Source: a virus
IMG/VR virus record: IMGVR_UViG_3300037137_001673
Location: 11,971-75,970 of that record
DNA length: 64,000 nucleotides
Direction: 5' to 3' (one strand)
Shown here piece by piece: positions 9,169 to 17,960 of this stretch; position 1 is the first letter of the stretch; every line of letters starts with the position of its first letter. The notes under the pieces were generated by a model. That model saw only the letters and a list, made by a program, of their open reading frames with translations, made no database searches and was not told the DNA's origin. The position numbers were made by a program, and so were the translations under genes.

Positions 9169-10736
9169 TGGCGACATATTACATCGACCATGATGGTGGG
9201 AATGACGGGAGTGATGGCCTATCGGAAGGTGCTGCCAAGCTACATATTCCTGCTCTTTCAAATGGTGATTATGTAATTTTCAAGCGTGGTGTAGTTTATC
9301 CTCATATTTACACAACTACGGTAGCAAATTGCACCTTCACAGTTAATGTCTCTTGGGGGATAGGGCAGGCAGTTTGGGGTGCTAATTCTCTTACCGACGA
9401 TTGGTTAGTATTTGTTAGGCATTCAGGAACTGTTATAACAGGTTTATCAGCATCGCACGAGTTAAAGTTCACTGGTACTGGACTTAATAGAGGAACTATT
9501 GGCATTTTTCCTTCGTTGGGAGCAATATCAAGTATTACTGTAGCTTATGCGGAATTTCTAAATATAGCAGGGGCGGGAAAGTCAGAAGGAATTGGCGTTA
9601 AGATGGGCGTCACTGATTATTCTGCCGAGCTATCTACTGTAGTTGTTTCATACTGTTCATTTGACAATTGTTATAGCTATGGAGTTAAAATAAGTTCTGG
9701 AACTGGAAGTACACATGATTGCGATATTCATCACAACACGTTTACTAATAACGGATCGGGTACCGATCTTCTTGAAACAAATATCAGCAGCAATCTTGGG
9801 AATGGTGCCTATGATAATTCATTCCATCACAACACGTTGACTGCTGGTGTGAATAGCACAGATGGAATAGAAGTCAACAATTCTCCGAACAAGATCTACA
9901 ACAATACATTTGATGGGTACAGGTATGCTCTAAGAATTGATCCGTCATACAATACGAACAAACACGGGATTATTGAATTATATAGTAATCTGATAAAGAA
10001 CTCATCAGAACGGGGGATAAACTTTGGCGGGACAAGCACCGCGTTGGGTTATGTTTTAGCATATAACAACCTGTTTGAAAACAATGGAAGCTATGTTATA
10101 AACTTTCCAAGCACCGCCGATAATAATGAGTTTTACTTCAACTCTTTCTACCAGACAGGGGGACATACTTTCTGGTTCCAAGCGGGGGCAACGGGAAATA
10201 TCGTAAAAAACAACATCGTATTCTCGACAGGGGATTGCTATGCCCAGGCCGATGCAACCTATAGTAATAATACCGAAAACTACAACATTTTTTATAGAGC
10301 AAGTGGAACGATAGTAACAGTAGGAGCCAGTAATTACACGATAACACAGCTTGCGGCATATCAAGCGGCAGCTACTCCTAATGGGGCGAATAGTCTATTT
10401 TCCAATCCTCAATATGTGGGGGCACCGAGTGATCTTACCATACCAACGGGAAGTCCGGCGAAGGATGCGGGGATAAATGTTGGGATTGCGGTAGATTATC
10501 TTGGTAATGCAAGACCCGTGGGGGCGGGGTATGACATTGGAGCGTATGAATATAGTTCTGGTTCTAGTGATTACATTTATAACCCAAGAGGAAATGCTTT
10601 AACTTCTGGTTTTGCTGATATTTTTCGTAACAACTATATTTATAATCCAAGGGGAAATATTTTAACTTCTGGTACTGCTTATTATTATAGAATTACAGGC
10701 CTAGGTCCTAGACTAGTCTTCTTTTTAAGATACTAA
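9168..10736 (+). CDS. parallel beta-helix virion protein / putative depolymerase
   Basis: MATYYID...GND, HHNT/YNNT repeats, RPVGAGYDIGAYE, then two scaffold-type YIYNPRG..TSG.A repeats. Confidence 0.7.
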   Translation: MATYYIDHDGGNDGSDGLSEGAAKLHIPALSNGDYVIFKRGVVYPHIYTTTVANCTFTVNVSWGIGQAVWGANSLTDDWLVFVRHSGTVITGLSASHELKFTGTGLNRGTIGIFPSLGAISSITVAYAEFLNIAGAGKSEGIGVKMGVTDYSAELSTVVVSYCSFDNCYSYGVKISSGTGSTHDCDIHHNTFTNNGSGTDLLETNISSNLGNGAYDNSFHHNTLTAGVNSTDGIEVNNSPNKIYNNTFDGYRYALRIDPSYNTNKHGIIELYSNLIKNSSERGINFGGTSTALGYVLAYNNLFENNGSYVINFPSTADNNEFYFNSFYQTGGHTFWFQAGATGNIVKNNIVFSTGDCYAQADATYSNNTENYNIFYRASGTIVTVGASNYTITQLAAYQAAATPNGANSLFSNPQYVGAPSDLTIPTGSPAKDAGINVGIAVDYLGNARPVGAGYDIGAYEYSSGSSDYIYNPRGNALTSGFADIFRNNYIYNPRGNILTSGTAYYYRITGLGPRLVFFLRY

Positions 10737-10756
10737 TTTAATGTAAAGTTATAATT

Positions 10757-11461
10757 ATGACATTTTTAAGACAGAGTACAGCAAAGACAGTAAGTTTTGG
10801 TCCATTCGTAAATAAAACTGATGGGACTACGTTTCTAGCAGGTTTAGTATCTTCGCTAGATAATGGAACTACTGGAATTAAACTTTCTAAAAATGGTGCT
10901 GCTTTAACTATTAGACATGCAAGTGTTACAGCATCAACTTATGATACCTTTGGAAATTATAGAGTAACAATAGATACTACTGATACAAATACATTAGGCA
11001 CTATGAAGATGCAGTATGGAGATACAGCAGTATGTCTAACTGTATGGGATGATTTTACAATTCTTCCATCTAATGTTTATGATTCACTAATTCTTGGTGG
11101 TGGATATTTAAAAACTGATATTAGGTGGATAGCAGGAGATTCTGTAGCAAATAAACTAGTAACTGGTGATAGTGTTGCTAATAGAGTATGGGATATAACA
11201 AAAGCTAGTCATACAATATCTGGAACTTTTGGAGATCTAGCAACAAAAGCAGAAGTTGCTCATGCAGTAAGAGATGAAGTTATAGATAAAGGATATACTC
11301 TAGGACAACTCACTAGACTTATGGCAGCAGCATTGCTTGGAAAAGTTTCTGGTGGTGGCAGTAGTACGATCACCTTCCGTTCTATTGGAGATAGTATAAA
11401 TATAATTACAACTACGGTTGATGCTAGTGGAAATAGGCTGACAACTACTTTAAGTCCATGA
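10757..11461 (+). CDS. virion structural protein (paralogue of 11514)
   Basis: GPFV..DG, DTNTLG, C-terminal LMAAALLGKVSGGG...FRS...VDASGNR. Confidence 0.7.
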   Translation: MTFLRQSTAKTVSFGPFVNKTDGTTFLAGLVSSLDNGTTGIKLSKNGAALTIRHASVTASTYDTFGNYRVTIDTTDTNTLGTMKMQYGDTAVCLTVWDDFTILPSNVYDSLILGGGYLKTDIRWIAGDSVANKLVTGDSVANRVWDITKASHTISGTFGDLATKAEVAHAVRDEVIDKGYTLGQLTRLMAAALLGKVSGGGSSTITFRSIGDSINIITTTVDASGNRLTTTLSP

Positions 11462-11513
11462 CGCTAACATAAATTTTATTTAATCATCCTAACTTCTCTG
11501 TAAAGTTATTAGT

Positions 11514-12056
11514 ATGAAATTCTTAAGATATTCGACTGCATGTATAACTAATTTGGGTCCATTTGTAACTACAAGTAATGGCGACAGCGAAATGGTTGCC
11601 CTTACAATAGCACAAGCAGATGTAAGGATAAGTTATAATGGTGATTCATTTAGAACTGTAAATCATAACCAAGATGCTGTAAATCTTATTCATAACGAAC
11701 ATGGTTGGTATAAAGTAAAACTATCTACTACTGATACTGGAACTTATGGAAATGTAGTTATTGCTTGCCACAAACCTGGAGCACTAGCAGTTTGGCAAGA
11801 ATATGATGTTATTCCACAAATAATGTGGGACTATATGTTCTCTGGTGGTTCAACGGTCGCAATACTGGATGATGTAGTTGAGGGTGCTTATACCATGAGA
11901 CAAATTATGAAATTAATGGCAGCTGTATTATATGGAAAGGCCGTTGGTGGAGGTACTACAAATGTGAAATTTAGGTCTCTTGCCGATGACGCGGATAGAG
12001 TTTCAGCTGTCGTAGATTCAAGTGGGAATCGTTCATTGGTTTCACTCGTTCCATAA
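11514..12056 (+). CDS. virion structural protein (paralogue of 10757)
   Basis: GPFV, DTGTYG, LMAAVLYGKAVGGG...FRS...VDSSGNR. Confidence 0.7.
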   Translation: MKFLRYSTACITNLGPFVTTSNGDSEMVALTIAQADVRISYNGDSFRTVNHNQDAVNLIHNEHGWYKVKLSTTDTGTYGNVVIACHKPGALAVWQEYDVIPQIMWDYMFSGGSTVAILDDVVEGAYTMRQIMKLMAAVLYGKAVGGGTTNVKFRSLADDADRVSAVVDSSGNRSLVSLVP

Positions 12057-12091
12057 ATTTTTCACCACATATATAGTGTTGTAGATTTTTT

Positions 12092-12119
12092 AAGAACCTT
12101 TCATATGAAAGGTTCTTTT
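12092..12119 (+). terminator. hairpin/terminator upstream of GIY-YIG gene
   Basis: AAGAACCTTTC-ATAT-GAAAGGTTCTT; related hairpin at 28651-28678. Confidence 0.65.
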
Positions 12120-12133
12120 ATTTAGGAAGTGAT

Positions 12134-12898
12134 ATGGGTACAATATATATTTTAGAAAATAAAATTAATGGTAAATGTTATGTTGGACAAACAATTCATT
12201 CATTTAATCAAAGATTTAGGCAACATCAAAATTCGAATTATGCTATTGGTAATGCTTTGAGAAAATATGGTGTAGATAATTTTAATAAAATCTTAATAGA
12301 AGGTATACTAGAAGATAAAATGGATGAATTAGAAATTGAGTATATACAAAAATATAATTCTATTTTTCCCAATGGATATAATTTTGAAACTGGGTGGCAT
12401 AAAAATAAGCATGCTTGTGAAGAAACTAAAAAAAGATTAAGTGAAGTAAATACAGGAAAACATCATTCACTAGAAACAAGAAAAAAGCAGAGTGAAATTA
12501 AAAAAGGAAAACATATTTCTATAGAGACGGAATTTAAAAAAGGAAAAGAAAATCTCCTTTTTGGAAAACATCTTGCAGAAGAAATTAAAGAGAAAATAAG
12601 TAAGTCAAATATCGGCAAGCGTCGTTCAGCAGAAACTATAAAAAATTTAAGTGAAAGTCATAAGGGACAAATTCCTTGGATGAAGGGTAAGCATCATACT
12701 GAAGAAGCAATTAAAAAAAATAGTGAAGCACATAAAGGACAAATTCCTTATAATAAAGGTGCTCGTAGTATTAGAGCTTGTCCTATTTGCGGTAAGCAAC
12801 GAAAAGAAAAACTTGTTAAGAGTAAATTTTGTGGTTATTTAGCAACTTGTGGAAATTTAATCTGTCTAAAAGAGTTAAGGAAGAAAAAAACTGCCTAA
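12134..12898 (+). CDS. GIY-YIG homing endonuclease with NUMOD3 repeats
   Basis: MGTIYILEN...YVGQT; GKHHS/GKHHT repeats; C-terminal CPIC. Confidence 0.9.
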   Translation: MGTIYILENKINGKCYVGQTIHSFNQRFRQHQNSNYAIGNALRKYGVDNFNKILIEGILEDKMDELEIEYIQKYNSIFPNGYNFETGWHKNKHACEETKKRLSEVNTGKHHSLETRKKQSEIKKGKHISIETEFKKGKENLLFGKHLAEEIKEKISKSNIGKRRSAETIKNLSESHKGQIPWMKGKHHTEEAIKKNSEAHKGQIPYNKGARSIRACPICGKQRKEKLVKSKFCGYLATCGNLICLKELRKKKTA

Positions 12899-12908
12899 AA
12901 GTTTAATT

Positions 12909-12940
12909 AAGAGCAATCATAATTGATTGCTCTTTTTTTT
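12909..12940 (+). terminator. intrinsic terminator
   Basis: Identical hairpin to 6033-6065 plus T run. Confidence 0.8.
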
Positions 12941-12968
12941 GCGTAAAGATAATCATAAGGAATTTTAT

Positions 12969-13055
12969 ATGGATAAAAAAATAGTAGAAAAGAAAGAAGA
13001 AGTAAAAACTTCTGTGATTATAAATCTCCCAGTTTTAAATTCAAGGGGGAAGTAA
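12969..13055 (+). CDS. 28-aa mini-ORF MDKKIVEKKEEVKTSVIINLPVLNSRGK
   Basis: Late motif at 12943 and AAGGA SD; C-terminus resembles the LxxKG repeat of the 2249-aa protein. Confidence 0.5.
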   Translation: MDKKIVEKKEEVKTSVIINLPVLNSRGK

Positions 13056-13091
13056 ATATGGCTAGTTTAGTTTTAATGGAGAATAACAATT

Positions 13092-13541
13092 ATGGCATCA
13101 ATTATATATGATAGATTTTGGCTCTCACTTCCTGCGAAGCAGATTTCGTGGACGGGTGATTCCATCCAGTGCTCTCTAATAGATAGTACTTATGCACCTG
13201 TGAAAGCTGATAGTCTTTATCAATCTGGTAGAGATCCTTTTGATAGTGAAGTTACTGGAGCTGGATATACTAAACTTGGAAAACGTATTACTTCTCCTAC
13301 TATAACTTTGGGAACAACTCCTATGGTTGCTGGTGGTGATACTACTAGACTTTATGCTGATAGTGTATGGTGGGCAGCATCTACTATTACTGCTAGATAT
13401 GCAGTTTTGTGGGATGGAACTGATGCTACATTAAAGCGTCTATTATGTTGCTTTGATTTTGGTGCTGATAAAACCAGTTCCAGTGGTACTTTTACTCTAG
13501 TATGGAATCAATTAGGAATTATAACCTTGCAGCAAGGGTAA
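13092..13541 (+). CDS. small virion fibre subunit
   Basis: W..STITARYAVL...DFGADKTSSSGTFTLVW, a common phage structural-protein pattern. Confidence 0.7.
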   Translation: MASIIYDRFWLSLPAKQISWTGDSIQCSLIDSTYAPVKADSLYQSGRDPFDSEVTGAGYTKLGKRITSPTITLGTTPMVAGGDTTRLYADSVWWAASTITARYAVLWDGTDATLKRLLCCFDFGADKTSSSGTFTLVWNQLGIITLQQG

Positions 13542-13558
13542 ATAATGTAGGTTAATAA

Positions 13559-15226
13559 ATGAGGAAAGATGTAAAAATTTGTATGGGTAGGAATGTTATT
13601 TTGTATGATACATTTGATGTTGTCGAAAGTGCAAGTGCGATAATTAGTAATGCCCGTCGAGTAATATGGCAAGGAAATGTTGGTGTGTACGGAGACATTC
13701 CGGCACGCAATACGATATTCGCCGACGTTACGCAGGCTCCATACAACGCGGACAATACTGGTTCGGCTGATGCTACCTCTGCAATCCAAGCCGCTATAAA
13801 TGCCTGTACGGCAGATCAGGTTGTCTACATCCCCGCCGGCACATACAAGATTGGAACCTCAGCCGGTTTGAAAATAAAGTCAGGAATCACGGTACGCGGG
13901 GCTGGCAAGGGACAGACGATTCTGAAGGGGCCTGCGGGTTCTACTGCTGCGTATCTTGTTGGAATAATTGATTCACCAAGTTGGAATCAGACGACATACT
14001 GGGAAGCCGCGCGAACGGTTACGGCCGGATTGGGGAAAGATTCAACCGCCGTCTCCGTAAATATCACAAGTTGGGCATCTGGTGACCTGATCTTGCTTGA
14101 CCAGTTGGCTAATGCCGCTGGTGATCCGATGATAACAAACATAGGAACGGAGGGTACGCTCAATTCTGGTAGAGATAGCGGGACTCGGTGTTTTGGACAA
14201 GTTGTGGAACTGGACTCAGTTTCCGCGGGAGTGGCAAATCTAAAGATTCCCATCTATTTCGGATTTGATATGGCGAAAACACCCCAAGCATCGAGGATGG
14301 TTAATTCCTATATTATCAGCAATGCAGGTCTTGAAGAATTGACCGTTGACAATTCTCTGAGTGTAGGGGCACCCCAGACTAACTATGGCACTATAATCCT
14401 GGCGTTTACCAAAAATTGTTGGCTTCTTAATGTCGAAGTTAACACCGTTCGCAAAGTCGGCATTACGATAGAGATGTGCTACCGCGATACGATTCGGGGG
14501 TGTCAGGTACACAACTCATACTCATATGGATCAAACGCCGGGTACGGCATTGGGTTTATTGAAAGTGTATCGGCTTGCTTAATCGAAAATAACAAACTCA
14601 ACCACATTACGGTAGGCGTAATCTTACAGGGGGTCGCTTCGGGAAACGTAATTGCATACAACTACATCTACGATTTGCAATACACGGACAATTCATGGGT
14701 ACGGAACGGAACGCTAACGCACGGCGGTCATCCGCACATGAACTTGTTTGAGGGGAACTTGGTCGATGGTCCCAACATGGGGCATGATTTCTATTGGGGA
14801 TCGTCGAGTCACAATACTCATCTGCGCAACTATGTGGCAAAAGACCCAGCTCGGACGAATGCTCTTATGAATCTGGAACTTTGGAAAGGGCAGCAGTATC
14901 TGAACTTCGTCGGCGGTGTTTATGGCAACGGGAACGAGACAAGCTACCAGGAAACATCCTACGCAGGAAAGAACACCATTTATCTCGTAGACTATACGGA
15001 TTCCGGCTCCCAGGACGGGCGCACTTTGGCAACTATACTTCGCCACGGGAACTGGGATGCCTTTGATAATGCGATTGTGTGGGATGCGGGGATTTCGAAC
15101 CATGTGATCCCCGCTTCATATTATCTTGCCTCTAAACCGTCATGGTGGGGGTCGGGCATATGGCCTTCCATTGGTTCTGATTTGACACCGAGGAATAGTG
15201 GTATTCCTGCTTCGGGTCTAACCTAA
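13559..15226 (+). CDS. pectate-lyase-3-like beta-helix protein / putative depolymerase
   Basis: ADNTGSADATSAIQAAINAC...VVYIPAGTYKI; beta-helix repeats; N-terminus looks truncated. Confidence 0.75.
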   Translation: MRKDVKICMGRNVILYDTFDVVESASAIISNARRVIWQGNVGVYGDIPARNTIFADVTQAPYNADNTGSADATSAIQAAINACTADQVVYIPAGTYKIGTSAGLKIKSGITVRGAGKGQTILKGPAGSTAAYLVGIIDSPSWNQTTYWEAARTVTAGLGKDSTAVSVNITSWASGDLILLDQLANAAGDPMITNIGTEGTLNSGRDSGTRCFGQVVELDSVSAGVANLKIPIYFGFDMAKTPQASRMVNSYIISNAGLEELTVDNSLSVGAPQTNYGTIILAFTKNCWLLNVEVNTVRKVGITIEMCYRDTIRGCQVHNSYSYGSNAGYGIGFIESVSACLIENNKLNHITVGVILQGVASGNVIAYNYIYDLQYTDNSWVRNGTLTHGGHPHMNLFEGNLVDGPNMGHDFYWGSSSHNTHLRNYVAKDPARTNALMNLELWKGQQYLNFVGGVYGNGNETSYQETSYAGKNTIYLVDYTDSGSQDGRTLATILRHGNWDAFDNAIVWDAGISNHVIPASYYLASKPSWWGSGIWPSIGSDLTPRNSGIPASGLT

Positions 15227-15260
15227 GATGGAAAACTCATTACGGTGCTGAGGTAGAGAA

Positions 15261-15938
15261 ATGGCAGATTGGACTTATATAGCGTATACAAAGGGACAAA
15301 GCGAGGCATCTGCTAATTCTCTCGCTGGCGATGTAGTGCTGAATTTAGCAGCAGGAGATTTACTGATTGCCATTGCTAAATGGGAGGGGACTTCGGACAC
15401 TGCTACTTTTTCTGATGGTGGAAGTAATGCGCTCACAATGTCGGCGGCATTATTGCAGAGTGATCATTATTCGTCATTTGGATACAAAATAGGGGCATCC
15501 GCTAATGCCACCGCTACCATGACATTTTCTACTGTCAGTAACCAAACGGCAAGATCAATGTTGCTTATACAAATAACTCCAGGAGCGGGTAATGTTTCTC
15601 TTGACGGAGGGCCGAACGGAGTTGGAGGAGGGATTGACCCTGATCCAGTATCACCAAACATAACGACAGCAGGAGCTAGCGTTATACTCTTGGGAGGGTT
15701 GGCGAATAGCTTCGGAAGGTCAATAACAACTCCTCTCATTGGAGAATCAGCAGCAACGAGTCCTATTGACACGGGACGATATACTCATATGTTCTACCGT
15801 GTCGCAACGGGAACGAATATACATAGTCAAGCAACGTACAGTGCAAATACTAACTGGGGAGCATATGTTGTCGCATTCAAATTGGTAGCGGCCGGTGGTG
15901 ACTTTACTGAACATCTACATACATTACTTAAGTTCTAG
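15261..15938 (+). CDS. beta-sandwich virion protein
   Basis: AAGDLLIA motif; homologous to an insert in the 2249-aa protein. Confidence 0.65.
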   Translation: MADWTYIAYTKGQSEASANSLAGDVVLNLAAGDLLIAIAKWEGTSDTATFSDGGSNALTMSAALLQSDHYSSFGYKIGASANATATMTFSTVSNQTARSMLLIQITPGAGNVSLDGGPNGVGGGIDPDPVSPNITTAGASVILLGGLANSFGRSITTPLIGESAATSPIDTGRYTHMFYRVATGTNIHSQATYSANTNWGAYVVAFKLVAAGGDFTEHLHTLLKF

Positions 15939-15967
15939 TTTGTAAAGTTATTCTAGAAGGTATAATT

Positions 15968-16795
15968 ATGGCTGTTACAACTTTGGATGCTGCTTTACAA
16001 GGTATGATGCTTCCCTCTGCTTTTTATAAGGCACAAGTTGGAACTCCTGTTGTTGGAACTATGTATTCCCAATGGGTAGCTCCCGGAAGTCCCGGAGCAG
16101 CAACTACTCTTCCCACTGGACTTTTAGCAGGACAATTTTTTACTTGTGCTGCTGCGCAAGTAGCTGGGCAACTAAAATTTTCTGCTGGTATTAGTGGTGA
16201 TACTTTTTATCTAGCAAGATTTACTGGTGCTTCTAATACTACTGGAACATTAATTCTTGCTGATAGGATTTGGGGTGATTCAGTTTCTGGTGTTCCTGTT
16301 GGAACACAAACAATTTATTCAGGTTCTTTTCCTAGGTCTGCTGGAATTGGTGGTGGCGATAGTTCTGGTACTGGTGTTCAGTTAGCAATTGAAGTTTATG
16401 CTAGTATTGGTGCTACTGCTTGCACTCCAAAAGTTACTTATGTTAATTCTGCTGGTACTGCCGGAGATACAGGAACTGCTGCTTATGCAGTTCCTTCTTC
16501 TGCTGTTGCTGGAACTTTTATTCCTATTAATTTAAAAGCAGGAGCATTTGGAGTAAGAAGTGTAACTGCTTACAATAATATGACTGCTAGAACGCAAGGT
16601 GGTGCCTTTGGAGTGGTAGCATATCGTCCATTAGCATATGTACCTTGCAATGTAGCTGGAGTTGCTGGTGTAGTTGATTTCTTGACTAGTGGATTTCCAA
16701 TTATGTTTCCCAATACCATTCCTTTTCTTATTTGGATGGCTGGAACTGCTACTGTACCTGTAATTGCTGGTAGTTTTTATTGGTGTTGCGGATAA
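15968..16795 (+). CDS. virion structural protein (tandem paralogue 1)
   Basis: GTLILADRIW, PINLKAGAFGVRSV, YRPLA; late motif upstream. Confidence 0.7.
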   Translation: MAVTTLDAALQGMMLPSAFYKAQVGTPVVGTMYSQWVAPGSPGAATTLPTGLLAGQFFTCAAAQVAGQLKFSAGISGDTFYLARFTGASNTTGTLILADRIWGDSVSGVPVGTQTIYSGSFPRSAGIGGGDSSGTGVQLAIEVYASIGATACTPKVTYVNSAGTAGDTGTAAYAVPSSAVAGTFIPINLKAGAFGVRSVTAYNNMTARTQGGAFGVVAYRPLAYVPCNVAGVAGVVDFLTSGFPIMFPNTIPFLIWMAGTATVPVIAGSFYWCCG

Positions 16796-16807
16796 AGGGA
16801 AATAACT

Positions 16808-17644
16808 TTGAGTATTACAACTATAAGTTCAGCAATTTCTTACATGTATGGTCCGCAAACATTTTTTAAAGTACCTACTCCTACTCCTGTTGTTGGAACT
16901 ATGTATTCACTTTGGACCGCAGCAGGAATGCCCGGAGCAGGAACCATTCCTCCCACTGGACTTTTAGCAGGACAATTTTTTACTTGTGCTGCTGCGCAAA
17001 TAACGGGACAAATATATTTTCAAAATCCTGCTGCTGGGGATACTACTTATTTAGCAAGATTTGCTGGGACTTGTAATACTTATGGAACATTAATTCTTGC
17101 TGATAGGATTTGGGGAGATTCAGTTTCTCCAGTTCGTATTGGAGCACAAGTAATAAATTCTGGTGCTTTTCCTAGGTCTGCTGGAATTGGTGGTGGCGAT
17201 AGTTCTGGTACTGGTGTTCAGTTAGCAATTGAAGTTTATACAACCTTGGGTGCTGCTGCTGCTACTCCAAAAGTTTCCTATGTGCCCGTTGGTGGTTCCA
17301 TGGGTTCAACTGGTGGAGATACAGGAGCTGCTGCTTACGCTGTACCTGCTACTGCTGCTGCTGGAACTTTTATTCCTATTAATTTAAAAGCAGGAGCATT
17401 TGGAGTGAAAGCAGTTACTGCTTACAATAACATGACTACTAAAACTTCTGGTGTTCTAGGTTTGGTTGCTTATCGTCCATTAGCATATATTCCTTGTTCG
17501 GCACCGGAAATTTATGGAGTAGCAGATTGCTTAACTGGTGGATTTCCGATTATGTTTCCTAATACCGTTCCAATGTTAATATGGATGGCTGGAACTGCTA
17601 CTGTTCCTGTAATTTCAGGCCAGTTTCAATTTACTCAAAATTAA
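16808..17644 (+). CDS. virion structural protein (tandem paralogue 2)
   Basis: Long identical blocks shared with 15968-16795; TTG start. Confidence 0.7.
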   Translation: MSITTISSAISYMYGPQTFFKVPTPTPVVGTMYSLWTAAGMPGAGTIPPTGLLAGQFFTCAAAQITGQIYFQNPAAGDTTYLARFAGTCNTYGTLILADRIWGDSVSPVRIGAQVINSGAFPRSAGIGGGDSSGTGVQLAIEVYTTLGAAAATPKVSYVPVGGSMGSTGGDTGAAAYAVPATAAAGTFIPINLKAGAFGVKAVTAYNNMTTKTSGVLGLVAYRPLAYIPCSAPEIYGVADCLTGGFPIMFPNTVPMLIWMAGTATVPVISGQFQFTQN

Positions 17645-17654
17645 TGGGAATGTT

Positions 17655-17960
17655 ATGGAAAAAATTTATGTAGGAATAGGAAGAATAACTGCTTCTGCTC
17701 CTGCGCAATTTTCAATTTACACAAAACATTTTATTTACAATCCATTTGTAAATCCTGTTACTTATAATTTTTTCATTTACAAAATTTTAGAAAATAAAAA
17801 AACTGCTGAAACATTCCCTATACCACAGGGAAATACTACTTGTATAAATTCTATTTCAATAGTTTCTGGTTCTGGTCCGCCTGTAAATAATTTTATTTAT
17901 AATGTTGAAAATTCTTATCGTTTTAATCCTTTATCAATAGGAGCAAATAATGGCTTCTAA
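17655..17960 (+). CDS. hypothetical virion-associated protein
   Basis: 101 aa, overlaps the start of the giant repeat gene. Confidence 0.55.
   Translation: MEKIYVGIGRITASAPAQFSIYTKHFIYNPFVNPVTYNFFIYKILENKKTAETFPIPQGNTTCINSISIVSGSGPPVNNFIYNVENSYRFNPLSIGANNGF

Noticed and set aside
6566-15772. Antisense and alternate-frame ORFs within the beta-helix genes
   Set aside because: Expected by chance in GC-richer coding DNA; no signals or motifs
15968-17644. Diversity-generating retroelement template/variable pair
   Set aside because: Both copies are full ORFs, differences are not confined to adenines, and no reverse transcriptase is in the window
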